Under the pieces are notes generated by a model. The model made no database searches, was not told the DNA's origin, and saw nothing but the letters and a program-made list of their open reading frames with translations. From Chloroflexota bacterium (lineage in GTDB: Bacteria > Chloroflexota > UBA11872): a stretch of 64,000 bases of DNA. The translations under genes and the position numbers were made by a program. Positions 38,317 to 48,599 of this stretch are shown in pieces. Position 1 is the first letter of the stretch. Every line of letters starts with the position of its first letter. The stretch is from assembly GCA_965262745.1 (NCBI GenBank), contig OZ253558.1, forward strand, positions 1,090,567 through 1,154,566, written 5' to 3'.

Positions 38317-39605
38317 GCCGCGGCGCAGAGATCGCGCGCCGCTCCGCGTTCTTCCTCGTCCGCATCAGCCTCTTCTGGTTCGGCCTGTCGTTCCTGTGGG
38401 GCGGCATGAACATCCAGCTCCTGCCGACCCGCGTGCCGGAGCTGGTCGGCGACGAGGTCAAGGGCACCGCCATCGGCGTGATCGTCGTCGTGGGCCTCAT
38501 CGTGGCCATCATCGTCCAGCCGCTGGCCGGCGCCGTCAGCGACCGCGCGCGCCTGCGCTGGGGACGGCGGCGGCCCCTCATGGCGGCGGGCATCGCCGCG
38601 ACCATCCCGTGCCTGCTGTTCGTCGCCTACGCGCCCAACTACGGCCTGCTCTTCGTGGCGATGGTGCTGCTCCAAATCGCCGCCAACATCGCCCACGGCC
38701 CCTATCAAGGCGTGATCCCGGACCAGGTGCCGCGCGAGGCGCGTGGCCGCGCGTCTGGATTCTTCGGGCTCGCCAACCTCACCGGCACGCTGGCGGGCGC
38801 CGGCATCGCCGGCATGTGGCTCAGCATGGCCGAGCAGGGCCAAGAACCCAACCCGTTCTTCGCCCCCGCGCTCTTCACCATCATGGTCGTCCTGGCCGTG
38901 TTCTCAGTAGCAGCCTGGCTGGCCGCGCGGGAGAAGCCGCCGCCCGAGACGGTTCCTTTCGAAGGAGTCCTGCACGAGGTTCGCCTGCGACTGCGCGAGC
39001 TCACCCAGAACTCGGCCTTCGTGTGGCTCATGCTCTCGCGGCTGCTGTACTTCATGGGCCTGCAGGCCATGGACAACTTCATCCAGCTTTTCCTGAAAGG
39101 GGACCGCGCGGACGGCGGCCTGGCCGAGACCGACCCCGAGTTGAAGACCACCATCGTCCTGGCCGCGGTCCTCTTGACGGCGCTCATCACCACCGTTCCC
39201 GCCGGATGGCTGGCCGACCGCTACGGCAAGCTGCGGCTGGTGGCGGCAGCCGCCGGGCTGGGGCTCCTCGCCGCCGCCGTGCTCATGACGTCGGATTCGT
39301 ACTGGCAAGTCGTGCTGTTCGCCGCCGTGCTCGGCGTCGGCGTCGGCCTCTTCACCGCCGCGGACTGGGCCGTGGCCATCGACCTCATTCCCGACCAGCG
39401 CGCGCCCGGTCTCTACATGGGCCTCTCAAACGTCGCCACCGCCGGCGGCGACGGCCTGGCTACGCTCTCCGCCGGCATCGCCCTCGACCTATTCGGCTAC
39501 CGCGCCGTCTTCGCCATGATGGCCGTCTTCTTCGGCCTGAGCATCGTCGTCCTCCCCATCGTCCGCGCCCGCCTCGCCGCCGCGCACGCGCCACCGCCTA
39601 CGTGA
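38313..39605 (+). CDS. MFS transporter
   Basis: The 430-aa ORF is hydrophobic throughout with about 12 predicted TM segments. A GRRRPLM motif follows the first TM helices. Confidence 0.7.
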   Translation: MSRGAEIARRSAFFLVRISLFWFGLSFLWGGMNIQLLPTRVPELVGDEVKGTAIGVIVVVGLIVAIIVQPLAGAVSDRARLRWGRRRPLMAAGIAATIPCLLFVAYAPNYGLLFVAMVLLQIAANIAHGPYQGVIPDQVPREARGRASGFFGLANLTGTLAGAGIAGMWLSMAEQGQEPNPFFAPALFTIMVVLAVFSVAAWLAAREKPPPETVPFEGVLHEVRLRLRELTQNSAFVWLMLSRLLYFMGLQAMDNFIQLFLKGDRADGGLAETDPELKTTIVLAAVLLTALITTVPAGWLADRYGKLRLVAAAAGLGLLAAAVLMTSDSYWQVVLFAAVLGVGVGLFTAADWAVAIDLIPDQRAPGLYMGLSNVATAGGDGLATLSAGIALDLFGYRAVFAMMAVFFGLSIVVLPIVRARLAAAHAPPPT

Positions 39606-39957
39606 TGTAGGGGCGCCCCTTGTGCGCGCCCGCCTCGTATCGCACCGTCCAGTCTCCCCCCTTGACGGACGATCTGGCCCGTACTTGATGGAATCCCCGC
39701 GCGACCCCTCGTCATACGCCCGTGAGCCGGTGGCCCACGCCGTCCGACTCCCTCTCCCCATGGGAGTGTCCAGACTGGGGAGATGGGTTACAGGTGTTCG
39801 GAGACATGGTTTACACATTTAGGCCAGATCCCGCCTAACCGGCTCAACCGCTTGGCGCTCATCGCCGCCCCGCCCATGGAACGAATCTACCGATCCACGC
39901 GTACTATCCATTGAAGCACCCAGCACCCAACGCCACCAACGCACGGGAGGCGGATCC

Positions 39958-42102
39958 GTGAGAGGCCATCGCCTGGCTTGGCGGCCGATCGTCGCTTTAC
40001 TGGCCGCGGTCGGGCTGGTGGCGAGCCTGTCAAGCTGCGGGCCGGAGACACCGGATGCGCCGAGCCCGGTTGCGCCTGGGGCGTCGTCGGCGGAAGTCGA
40101 TGGATCTGCCCATGCAGTCCGATCGCCGCTGCCCGCGGGAGCGGCCGAATCCCCCTTATCCACCACGCCGTCCGTGTCGCCGACGAACCAACAGGCGTCC
40201 GCGGCAGATCCCGCAGATACACCGGCCCAAGCACCGTTGACAACGAGGGAAGTGGTCCGAGAGGTTTCGGTGGAGCGCTCAATAGCAACGACGCCATGCT
40301 GGGGCAATCCGCCGACGGGCGTGGTGCAGTGGATTCCCGACGGTGGTGAAATCATCTTTATCTTCAATGCTCGAGTCTATGCTGCGGCGGCTGATGGGAG
40401 CAGCTTGCGGCATTTCGCGGACGCGCGGACGCAGTCGTCTTCTCATGAATCTTGGGGGACGGCGACCGAATTCCATGTCGCTCCCGACGGCGCAAGCCTG
40501 GCGTACGCCACGTGCGAGTTTCCGAGACTTGGTGCGGGGTCGCAGCCACACTCTTCGGACTACCAGCAGGATCTGGTAGTCGCGAGTCTCGATGGCGGGG
40601 AGCGCCGGCGGCTCACGGACTCCGCGGCCCTTGAGGGGCTCCCGACCTATTTGCGGTACGAGTCATGGGAGAGTCACCCGGCCTGGTCCCCCGATGGCAC
40701 ACAGATTGCCTATGTTTCCACCCAGCGACCATCGCTAGAACGCTTTACGCACCTGTACATCATGCAGGCCGACGGTGACAAACAACGAATGCTACCGGGG
40801 GGATTCGATTTCGTGGCCGGCCGAGCGCCGGCGTGGTCGCCGGATGGTCGCTGGCTGGCCGTCACGGGGGTCGGCGACGTCGAGAAGTGGATATTGGCCA
40901 GCCGGGAGGGGCGCAAGCTTGAGGGAGCCGCAGCTTGGGCCCTCCACCTCGTCGATGTCGCGACCGGAAAGGAGTTCGTGCGGCTTTCGGATGCCGTCAG
41001 CAGCGCATCCTGGTCTCCGGACGGTCAGCGGCTGGCATTTGCGAAGCCTGATGGCGCCGAGGTGGCGCTCTACACCATCGCCTCTGACGCGACGGACGCC
41101 CAGCGGGTGACGACGATCACGGGTTGGCATCCCCGCTACGGAGAGCCGGACCCGACTCGCGCCTGGATCGAGACGGTGGCCTGGTCGCCGGATGGCTCGA
41201 AGATTCTGTACTCGTGCGGTGGAATCTGTGTGGTGGACGTCAACGACGCACCGGCGAGTGAAGCGCCTCCGTCCAAGGAAGCGTCGTCGGCCAATGACGA
41301 TGTTAGCGCGGTGCCGAGCCGAGAGGCGGAGAAACGCCCGACAGTACTGCCCGGGGACGTGGCCGCGTGGTCGCCGGACGGCTCGCGGATCGTGACTGTC
41401 GACAAATACTCGAATGTGCGCACGATGGCCCCCGACGGCTCTGACCTGCGAACTCTGGTGGCGCCGGACACGGAGGGAGATCTCCAGAGCGCGTACGACT
41501 TACGACAAGCGGAGATCGCCGCGTGTAGCGCGGGGACGGCCGTCCCCAAGCCGGAGGCCAATCCCGACTTGGTGCGCGACTGCGAGACGCTGCTTCGGGT
41601 GCGGGATGCGCTACGCGGAACCGCCGAGTTGAATTGGGCCTCCAACCGCTCCATCGGCGAGTGGGACGGCCTGCAGGTCAGCGGGTGGCCACGGCGAATC
41701 TTCGAGATCTCTCTCAATGGGCGCGGCCTGACCGGGGAGATTCCCCCGGTGTTGGGCGAGCTGACGCACCTGCGGCGGCTGAATCTCAGTGGGAACAAAC
41801 TGAGCGGCGCAATCCCGCCCGAGTTGGGCCAGTTGACACAGCTTGCGCGGCTGGACTTGTCCGACAACTCGTTGACGGGAAGCATTCCCCCCGAGCTAGG
41901 CGCGCTAATCCGTCTGGTCGAATTGCGGCTCAACAACAACCAGTTGACGGGTCCAATCCCGCTGGAGGTTGGCCAATTGGCCAACCTAGAATTTGTCTTC
42001 CTGCGAGTCAATGGCCTGACTGGCTGCATCCCGCCCGCACTACTGACGGGTCCCCGAACTGATTTGCATGGCCAATGGCTGCCGGCGTGCGAGGCGGGAT
42101 GA
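39958..42102 (+). CDS. Secreted PD40 beta-propeller protein with C-terminal plant-type leucine-rich repeats
   Basis: There is a signal peptide and lipobox-like SSCGP, then multiple PD40 units (AWSPDGTQIAYVS, AWSPDGRWLAV, SWSPDGQRLAFA, AWSPDGSKILYS, AWSPDGSRIV). The C-terminus has five LRRs of the LxxLxxLxLSxNxLSGxIPxxLG type. Confidence 0.7.
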   Translation: MRGHRLAWRPIVALLAAVGLVASLSSCGPETPDAPSPVAPGASSAEVDGSAHAVRSPLPAGAAESPLSTTPSVSPTNQQASAADPADTPAQAPLTTREVVREVSVERSIATTPCWGNPPTGVVQWIPDGGEIIFIFNARVYAAAADGSSLRHFADARTQSSSHESWGTATEFHVAPDGASLAYATCEFPRLGAGSQPHSSDYQQDLVVASLDGGERRRLTDSAALEGLPTYLRYESWESHPAWSPDGTQIAYVSTQRPSLERFTHLYIMQADGDKQRMLPGGFDFVAGRAPAWSPDGRWLAVTGVGDVEKWILASREGRKLEGAAAWALHLVDVATGKEFVRLSDAVSSASWSPDGQRLAFAKPDGAEVALYTIASDATDAQRVTTITGWHPRYGEPDPTRAWIETVAWSPDGSKILYSCGGICVVDVNDAPASEAPPSKEASSANDDVSAVPSREAEKRPTVLPGDVAAWSPDGSRIVTVDKYSNVRTMAPDGSDLRTLVAPDTEGDLQSAYDLRQAEIAACSAGTAVPKPEANPDLVRDCETLLRVRDALRGTAELNWASNRSIGEWDGLQVSGWPRRIFEISLNGRGLTGEIPPVLGELTHLRRLNLSGNKLSGAIPPELGQLTQLARLDLSDNSLTGSIPPELGALIRLVELRLNNNQLTGPIPLEVGQLANLEFVFLRVNGLTGCIPPALLTGPRTDLHGQWLPACEAG

Positions 42103-42299
42103 TGCGTCGCCTGGGCCGGCTGACACGGCATGCCCACGAGGGCGCAACTCGCCGTTTCCCCCGACGGGCAGCCGTCGCCGGTTGGCTTGTGCTATTTGGG
42201 ATGGCCGTGCTGCTGGCGCTGGCGAGTTGCGCCGCGGGCCAGCAAGCTCACACCTAAGAAACTAGTCACTACCGCACGCACGACTGACAAGGCAGAGCC

Positions 42300-43316
42300 A
42301 TGACCGCCACACCGTCCGTCTACAAGCTCAACCTGCCGCCGGCGACCTACGTCTCGGTCCCGGCCGACCGTCTGCAACGCTTCGTGCGCGACGCCGCCCT
42401 GGCCTTGGGCCTCCCCGACGCCCACGCCGCCCAACTGGCCGAGATGCTCACCGCCAACGATCTGCGCGGCGTCCACTCCCACGGCACGCGGATGATCGCC
42501 CACTATGCCGACGAGCTTCGCGGCGGCCGGCTCAACCCGGCCCCCAATCCGCGCGTCACCCGTGAGACTCCGGTGAGTCTGACCGTGGACGGCGACGGCG
42601 GTCTCGGGTATTTCGCCTCCCACCTGGCCACGGAACGGGCCATCGCCAAGTCACTCGACATCGGCGTCGCCGTGGCCGTCACGCGGAATCACGGTCACAT
42701 CGGCGCCGCCGGCATCTACGCCCGCATGACCCTTCCGCACGACCTGCTGTGTTTCGTCACCAGCGGCTCGCGTCCCAACCTCGAGCCGGGCATGCCGGTC
42801 TACAGCTCGGCGATTGGCTCGCCGCTGTGCATCAGCGCCCCCGCCGGCGAAGCGGACCCATTGGTGGTCGACTTCTCGCCGGTGTACGACCTGCGCTCGT
42901 CGCCGCACCGCGAGCAGCTCGAAGACTGGATCCCCGGCACGATCTTTCGCTGCATCGGGCTGGGCAACATCGCCCAAGCGTGGGGCGGGATTCTGGCCGG
43001 CGTGCCTCAAGAGGCTGACGCCCCGCCGCCCCGCTTCGCATCGGCGCACCAGGCCGCGGCATTCATGATGTTCCGCATCGACCTGTTCCTCGACCCAGCG
43101 GAGTTCCGGCGTCAGATGGACGTGCTGGCAGAGCGCATCGCCGAGTTGGCGCCGCTCCCGGGCTTCCCCAAAGCGCAATTCGCCGGCGGACCGGAAGCCG
43201 AGCGCGCGCGCCGCTACGCGGTTGAGGGCATCCCCGTTGGAGACGAGCACCGCCGCGACCTGGAGACCCTCGCCGACGCGCTGGGCCTCGCCACGCCCTG
43301 GAAACGCACCGGCTAA
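42300..43316 (+). CDS. Ldh_2-family (malate/L-lactate/sulfolactate dehydrogenase type 2) oxidoreductase
   Basis: The family core is present (HGTRMIAHYADEL...VTRNHGHIGAAGIYA). Confidence 0.65.
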   Translation: MTATPSVYKLNLPPATYVSVPADRLQRFVRDAALALGLPDAHAAQLAEMLTANDLRGVHSHGTRMIAHYADELRGGRLNPAPNPRVTRETPVSLTVDGDGGLGYFASHLATERAIAKSLDIGVAVAVTRNHGHIGAAGIYARMTLPHDLLCFVTSGSRPNLEPGMPVYSSAIGSPLCISAPAGEADPLVVDFSPVYDLRSSPHREQLEDWIPGTIFRCIGLGNIAQAWGGILAGVPQEADAPPPRFASAHQAAAFMMFRIDLFLDPAEFRRQMDVLAERIAELAPLPGFPKAQFAGGPEAERARRYAVEGIPVGDEHRRDLETLADALGLATPWKRTG

Positions 43317-43352
43317 GTTCCATCGCCCACGCGGCACCGCAACGGCTCAGCC

Positions 43353-43643
43353 CTAGGGGCGGGTTTCAATCCCGCCCCTCGTATGTTGCAAGCCCCTCGG
43401 TTCGTCCGGGGGAAGCACCGAGCCGGAACCGACCGTACGCCCCCGCCCGCGGCGCCCCAAACCCGTTCGTGGTGAGCCTGTCGAACCACGTCCCGGCGTG
43501 CCTGGACCGGAGGGTAGGGGCGGTTCGCGAACCGCCCTCCGGGTCCACGCGCGCGGCGCTAAACGACCGGGTAGGGACAACCCTCGTGGTTGCCCTTGGA
43601 TTCTGTTTCGCCCGTTCGCGGGCGCAAGCCCGCTCCGACCCAA
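43353..43643. repeat. Cluster of REP-like palindromic elements (GTAGGG + GC-rich hairpin)
   Basis: Units sit at 43353-43379, 43512-43537 (gggtaggggcggttcgcgaaccgccc), 43569-43595 and about 43607-43635 in a 350-bp intergenic spacer. Confidence 0.6.
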
Positions 43644-43673
43644 GGGGTCGCGCCTACTCGCGCGGAGGACCGC

Positions 43674-44480
43674 CTAGTCGGTACACCCCAGCAGCACCCG
43701 CCGCATCGGATCGGTCTGTCGCGCGACGAACTCCGGCGAGTGGTGCCATTCCGGGCGCACGTCGTAGACCTGCGTGGACCACTTGTAGACCACCCACACC
43801 AGCCGGCGCGGGCGCGACGTCCGGTTGGGCATCGCCGTATGCCAGATATTCGTGTCGTTGATCAAGCACGTCCCCGCCGGCGCCGGCAGCGGCACCATGC
43901 CGGGCAGCGCCCGCGGCTGCCCGTCGTGGTTAGCCCAGGGCGGCGGCCGGTTTGGATCCTTGTGGCTACCGGGGACCACCGCCGTCGGTCCAACGTCCTC
44001 GGTCACGTCGTCCAGATAGATCGTCAGCCGCATATACGGGCCGCCGTCACGGTGCCAGAGCGTCGCGGCCGGCGAGTTCGGCGCCCGATAGTTGCCCATC
44101 CCGCTCGACAAGAGGACCACGTCGTGGTTCCGCGCCGCCTGGACGATTGGCAACACCGTCGGCAGGTCCATCAGTTCCTCGAACAACGGATCGAGCTCGA
44201 AGAACCGGTGCAGGTCGATCGACCCGACGCCCTTGACCGACGTGGACGCGCCGTCGACTACCGCTGACGGCACGTTCTCGTAGTCGGCGATCAGCGCGTC
44301 GAAGCGCTCGCGAATCGGCGCCAGGCGCTCGGCGCTGATCGCGTTTGGCACGACCGTATAGCCGACGTGGTCGAGCCGTCGCACGTGCATGAACAGCTCG
44401 TGCACATTTGGGATCGCTTCCATCAGGTCACCACTCACATGCGCCCGGGCGGCGCGCACTAGCCATCGAACGCGGCGCAA
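43674..44480 (-). CDS. Phytanoyl-CoA dioxygenase (PhyH)-family protein
   Basis: The Fe(II)/2OG oxygenase core is present (LWHRDGG ... IWHTAMPN). Confidence 0.6.
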   Translation of the reverse strand: MRRVRWLVRAARAHVSGDLMEAIPNVHELFMHVRRLDHVGYTVVPNAISAERLAPIRERFDALIADYENVPSAVVDGASTSVKGVGSIDLHRFFELDPLFEELMDLPTVLPIVQAARNHDVVLLSSGMGNYRAPNSPAATLWHRDGGPYMRLTIYLDDVTEDVGPTAVVPGSHKDPNRPPPWANHDGQPRALPGMVPLPAPAGTCLINDTNIWHTAMPNRTSRPRRLVWVVYKWSTQVYDVRPEWHHSPEFVARQTDPMRRVLLGCTD

Positions 44481-44497
44481 GCATACGCCGCCGCGCG

Positions 44498-45505
44498 CTA
44501 CGCCACCGGCTCCAGATCGACCGCCCGCCCCAGACGCATTGCCTCATAGAGCCCATCGGCCAACTGGACCGCGCGCACGCCGTCGGCGCTGTCGGCCAGC
44601 GGCCGTTCGCCCGTCCGCACAGCCGTGACGAACGAACCCAGCATGTCGGCAGGGCCCCAAGACTCACTCACCCGCTCCGGCGTCTCCACCACCACGCCTC
44701 CGCCGCCGTCGACGACCCGCGCGTGGTTCATATCGTCCCAGAGTTCGGCGCGGCGCACGGCATCGTTCACGCCGCCCCAGTAGGTTCCGCCACTCTCAGA
44801 CTTGCCAAATTCGCCCACGACGACCTGTGCCAGCCCACCGCCGGCAAACTTGATCGTCGCCGTGAGGGTGTCGGGGAGTTGGGCGCGGCGCACATAGCGG
44901 CCGCCGGTCCCGTAAACCCGTAGCGGGCGCGAGCCAAGCAAATGACCGGCCAGGTCCAGCGCGTGGCTGCCAATCGTCCCGAGCACTCCGCCGTGCTCGG
45001 CCTCGCCCTCCCACATGCCGCCCAAGGAGTCGACGGTGGCCTGTAGCACAGTCGTCTGCGGCTGCGTCACCGTTGAGCGAACCAATTGGACGCCGGGCGC
45101 CGCGCGCAACGAAAAGTCGACGCAGGCCACCACGCCAGCCTCGCGCACCGCCGCATGCGCCCGCAGCGCCTCGGGAAGCTTCGTCGCCAGGGGCGCCTCC
45201 ACAAATACATGCTTGCCCGCGCGAGCCGCGGCGGCTACCAGCCGCGCATGCGAGTCCGGCCGGGTGGCGATGAGCACCGCCTTGACCTGGCTTCGGTGCA
45301 GCACCGCCTCGACGTCGTCGTCCGCCCGAGGCCCCTCGAATTCAGCCGCAAGGCGCTCCGCAGCCTCGATGTCTTGATCGACGCACCACACCAGGCGGCT
45401 GTCCGATCGCTGCGCCACCGCTCGGGCCAGGCGGCCGCCCATCTTGCCGCACCCGATGAGCGCAATCGGCAGTGGGGACCCGGCGTCGCCGTTCATATTC
45501 GACAC
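44498..45505 (-). CDS. Gfo/Idh/MocA-family NAD(P)-dependent oxidoreductase
   Basis: The N-terminal Rossmann motif is IALIGCGKMGGRLARA, and the family's C-terminal alpha/beta domain follows. Confidence 0.75.
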   Translation of the reverse strand: MSNMNGDAGSPLPIALIGCGKMGGRLARAVAQRSDSRLVWCVDQDIEAAERLAAEFEGPRADDDVEAVLHRSQVKAVLIATRPDSHARLVAAAARAGKHVFVEAPLATKLPEALRAHAAVREAGVVACVDFSLRAAPGVQLVRSTVTQPQTTVLQATVDSLGGMWEGEAEHGGVLGTIGSHALDLAGHLLGSRPLRVYGTGGRYVRRAQLPDTLTATIKFAGGGLAQVVVGEFGKSESGGTYWGGVNDAVRRAELWDDMNHARVVDGGGGVVVETPERVSESWGPADMLGSFVTAVRTGERPLADSADGVRAVQLADGLYEAMRLGRAVDLEPVA

Positions 45506-45623
45506 CGACTTGCGCGCACGGTGCGTAACATCACGCCGACGCGCGGCGATCTAGCGCCAGAGACAGTGTTTCCCCGCACATCTGACGTCACATGTACGCC
45601 ACACGGCTCATGCCTGTCGTATA

Positions 45624-46823
45624 GTGACGAAACAATTCGACATAATGCCTGAACAGCCCATGCCCGACGGTTCGGAACGGCTTGCCTCGCGACTGCACCG
45701 TGGCGAGATCATAAGTCTCAGTGCCGCGTTGGCCGTCTTCGTGATCGTTGGAGCCATTGGGCTGTTCGTCTGGCGCAGCAACAGCACGGAGCTTGCGGCG
45801 CCGGTGTCGGTATCGACCCCTACCGTCAAGGCGCGTCCGCCCGCTCCCCCGCCACAACCCACGGCCGACGCGACATCGGTCGCCAGCGCAACCCCAGCGG
45901 TTAGCCCAGACGTCGATCCGATCACGATCACCAAGGAAGAGATCCCCGATCCTCTTGACCTGATCGCGACCTGGCCCAGCGACCGGCCGTTCTCCCTGCT
46001 CCTGCTGGGATTGGACCAGCGACCGGGCGAGGCCACGGGGCGCACGGATGCCATGGTGCTCACCCGAGTCGAGCCGGCAAACAAATCCGCGGCCCTCATC
46101 TCGATCCCGCGCGACCTGTGCGTGGCCAATTGCCGCACGGAACCCTATCGCATCAACTCGATCTACCAGAATGAAGGACCCGACGTGCTCCGGCAGCGCG
46201 TCGGCGAAATCATGGGCATCAATGTGGACTACCTGATCGTGCTTGACTTCTACGGCTTTCGGCAGCTCATTGACTTCTTCGGCGGCGTCGAGATCGATGT
46301 GACCAAGACGATCTACGACGAGAGCTTTCCGAACGCCACCGACACCGGCTTCGAGCCCTTCTACGTCGAGGCCGGCATCAACCTCTTCGACGGTGACAAG
46401 GCGCTGCGCTACGCGCGCTCCCGGCATCAGGACGGGGCCTTTGCTCGCGATCAACGGCAGCAGCAGATTCTGCTCGCGCTCCGCGAGCAGATCCTGACCC
46501 CTCGCACGCTCCTGCAGTCGCCGGCGTTCCTCGAGCGGCTCCGCGATACATTCAAGACCAACGTGCCGCTTGAGTTCGTGCCCTCGATGTTGAAGCTCGC
46601 GCTTGCCATCGACTCCACGCGCGTCGTCCAGGGAGCGGTGGGGTTGGATCGCGGCCTTTCGGCCACGGTTATCGCCGAAAACGGCGCCTACGTGCTCGAA
46701 CCCAACGTGCCGCTCATCCAGGCCTACGCCGCCGAGCTCGTCCGCCAGGGCGAGGCCCTGCCGGCGTCGGAAAGCACGGCGGACGGACCCCAATTCGCCG
46801 ACCGCCAGCACCTCGAACCCTAG
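45624..46823 (+). CDS. LytR-CpsA-Psr (LCP)-family cell-envelope phosphotransferase
   Basis: An N-terminal TM anchor precedes the LCP core (LGLDQRPGEATGRTDAMVLTRV...ISIPRD...LRYARSRH). Confidence 0.75.
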   Translation: MTKQFDIMPEQPMPDGSERLASRLHRGEIISLSAALAVFVIVGAIGLFVWRSNSTELAAPVSVSTPTVKARPPAPPPQPTADATSVASATPAVSPDVDPITITKEEIPDPLDLIATWPSDRPFSLLLLGLDQRPGEATGRTDAMVLTRVEPANKSAALISIPRDLCVANCRTEPYRINSIYQNEGPDVLRQRVGEIMGINVDYLIVLDFYGFRQLIDFFGGVEIDVTKTIYDESFPNATDTGFEPFYVEAGINLFDGDKALRYARSRHQDGAFARDQRQQQILLALREQILTPRTLLQSPAFLERLRDTFKTNVPLEFVPSMLKLALAIDSTRVVQGAVGLDRGLSATVIAENGAYVLEPNVPLIQAYAAELVRQGEALPASESTADGPQFADRQHLEP

Positions 46824-46827
46824 CGCG

Positions 46828-47634
46828 TCACTCCTCGGGCCTCCGGGCCACGACGTAGATCTCGGAAGGTTCGTAGGCAACCTCCAGCGCCCGGCGCACG
46901 ATACCGGCCACCCGCGTCAACTCGTCGCGCGTGTGGCGCAACTCCGCGCTCACCTCATGCAGCGCCGCCTCGAGATCCGCCGCGTAGCGCGTCCGCGCAA
47001 CGCGGCCGCCCAACCAGCGCGTCACGGTGTCTTCATCCGGCACGGTTGTGCTATCCGGCGATGGCCCCGCCGTTATGTCAAGATCGTCGAGGCGCACCGG
47101 CAACCCGCGCGCGGAGGTCGGATTGACACCAGAGGCCTGCACCTCAAGCCCCGCGCGCCGACATAGAAACTCGAGCAGATCGACGTCATAGGGCCGCACG
47201 TGCGTCGGGTCCTTCCAGAACTCGTGGGAGATTGTCGGCAGGCTGCCCGGATTCGGCGTGGCAAGGATCAATGTCCCACCAGCGACCAGGCGGCTTCCGC
47301 TGAGCCGCACCAGCGCGGCGCCCTCCTCAACCGGAAAGTGCTCAATCACATGCAGGGCGCTCACCACATCAAAGGTCTCGGGCGTCGACTGCAAGTAGTC
47401 GAGCGCCTCGGCCTCGATGACCTGGTGCGCCCCAGCATGCGCCAGCATGGCTCCATCCAGGTCGACGCCGTGCGTCTCCAGTCCCGCCGCCGCCGCGACA
47501 TCCAGGAACTCGCCGCGGCCGCAGCCCACGTCAAGCATCCGTCCGGCCGCGGGCAGGAACCGCGCGTACCAGGCGCGCGCGTCGCGGACCATTTCGGGAC
47601 CGAATTCGCGGAACGCGTACCAGTCGGCCGCCAT
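46828..47634 (-). CDS. Class I SAM-dependent methyltransferase
   Basis: It has motif I (LDVGCGRGEF) and motif post-I (ETHGVDLD). Confidence 0.65.
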   Translation of the reverse strand: MAADWYAFREFGPEMVRDARAWYARFLPAAGRMLDVGCGRGEFLDVAAAAGLETHGVDLDGAMLAHAGAHQVIEAEALDYLQSTPETFDVVSALHVIEHFPVEEGAALVRLSGSRLVAGGTLILATPNPGSLPTISHEFWKDPTHVRPYDVDLLEFLCRRAGLEVQASGVNPTSARGLPVRLDDLDITAGPSPDSTTVPDEDTVTRWLGGRVARTRYAADLEAALHEVSAELRHTRDELTRVAGIVRRALEVAYEPSEIYVVARRPEE

Positions 47635-47752
47635 CAGCGCGCGGCCCGGCGGACGTGTGCAGCGAAAGGTGTGGTCATGTGGATATCAGAAACGGCAGCT
47701 CGCGGCCCGCGCTCGACCGTACAATACCGAGCCGTCTTTGAGACCATGATGC

Positions 47753-48556
47753 GTGCGCAACGACGACGTCGAGATCTTCGCCATCGGCACTGAGCTTGTG
47801 ACGGGGCTGATCCTCGACACCAATTCGCACTGGCTGGCCGGCGAGGTTGCCGTGGCCGGCGGCGAGGTGCGACGCATCACGGTGCTGGCCGACGACCTCG
47901 AGGTGCTCACTGCAGAGTTGCGCGCCGCGGTCGCCCGCCGTGCCCGCGTCATCATTACTACCGGCGGCTTGGGACCGACGCCCGACGACCTGACCGTCGA
48001 CGCCGTAGCCAAGCTGGCGGGCTGTGGCGTCGCGACGCCGCCCGAGGTGCTCGCGGACTATGCGCGCCGGCGCGGCATCAGTCTCGAAGAAGCCTCGACC
48101 CCGCCGCGAATCAAGATGGGAACCGTGCCGGCGGCGGCGCGCGTTCATCTCAATCCGGTGGGATGGGCGCCCTGCTTCACAGTGCAGGTCGACGAGTCGA
48201 GCATCTGGTGCACGCCGGGGCCGCCGCGCGAGGTTGAGGGCTGTTTCCGCACCCACATCCAGCCCGTCATCGAACAATTGTTCGCGGGCCAATCGGCGCG
48301 GATGCGCGTCTTCATCGACGCTCACGAGTCCGAGACCTCGCCGCTCATGCAGTCGGTCATGCGCCGCATCCCGTCCGCCTACCTCAAAGCCTACGTCGGC
48401 CTCTCGAACCCCCACGGGCTGCCCGTCGACATCGTCGTGCGCAGCATGGACGGCGTGGCGCCCAACGCGCTGCTCCAGCAGACCTACGACGAGTTTTGCG
48501 CCGTGGCCGCCGAGTCGGGCAAGACCGTAACCCTGGAGGCGCCGGCCGGGTCGTAG
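47753..48556 (+). CDS. CinA-like molybdopterin-binding (MoCF-biosynthesis) domain protein
   Basis: The CinA N-domain signature is present (VEIFAIGTELVTG...ITTGGLGPTPDD). Confidence 0.6.
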   Translation: MRNDDVEIFAIGTELVTGLILDTNSHWLAGEVAVAGGEVRRITVLADDLEVLTAELRAAVARRARVIITTGGLGPTPDDLTVDAVAKLAGCGVATPPEVLADYARRRGISLEEASTPPRIKMGTVPAAARVHLNPVGWAPCFTVQVDESSIWCTPGPPREVEGCFRTHIQPVIEQLFAGQSARMRVFIDAHESETSPLMQSVMRRIPSAYLKAYVGLSNPHGLPVDIVVRSMDGVAPNALLQQTYDEFCAVAAESGKTVTLEAPAGS

Positions 48557-48599
48557 CCCACCGCCGCAGTAGACTGCGCCCGCCTGATCGGTTTCCGCC

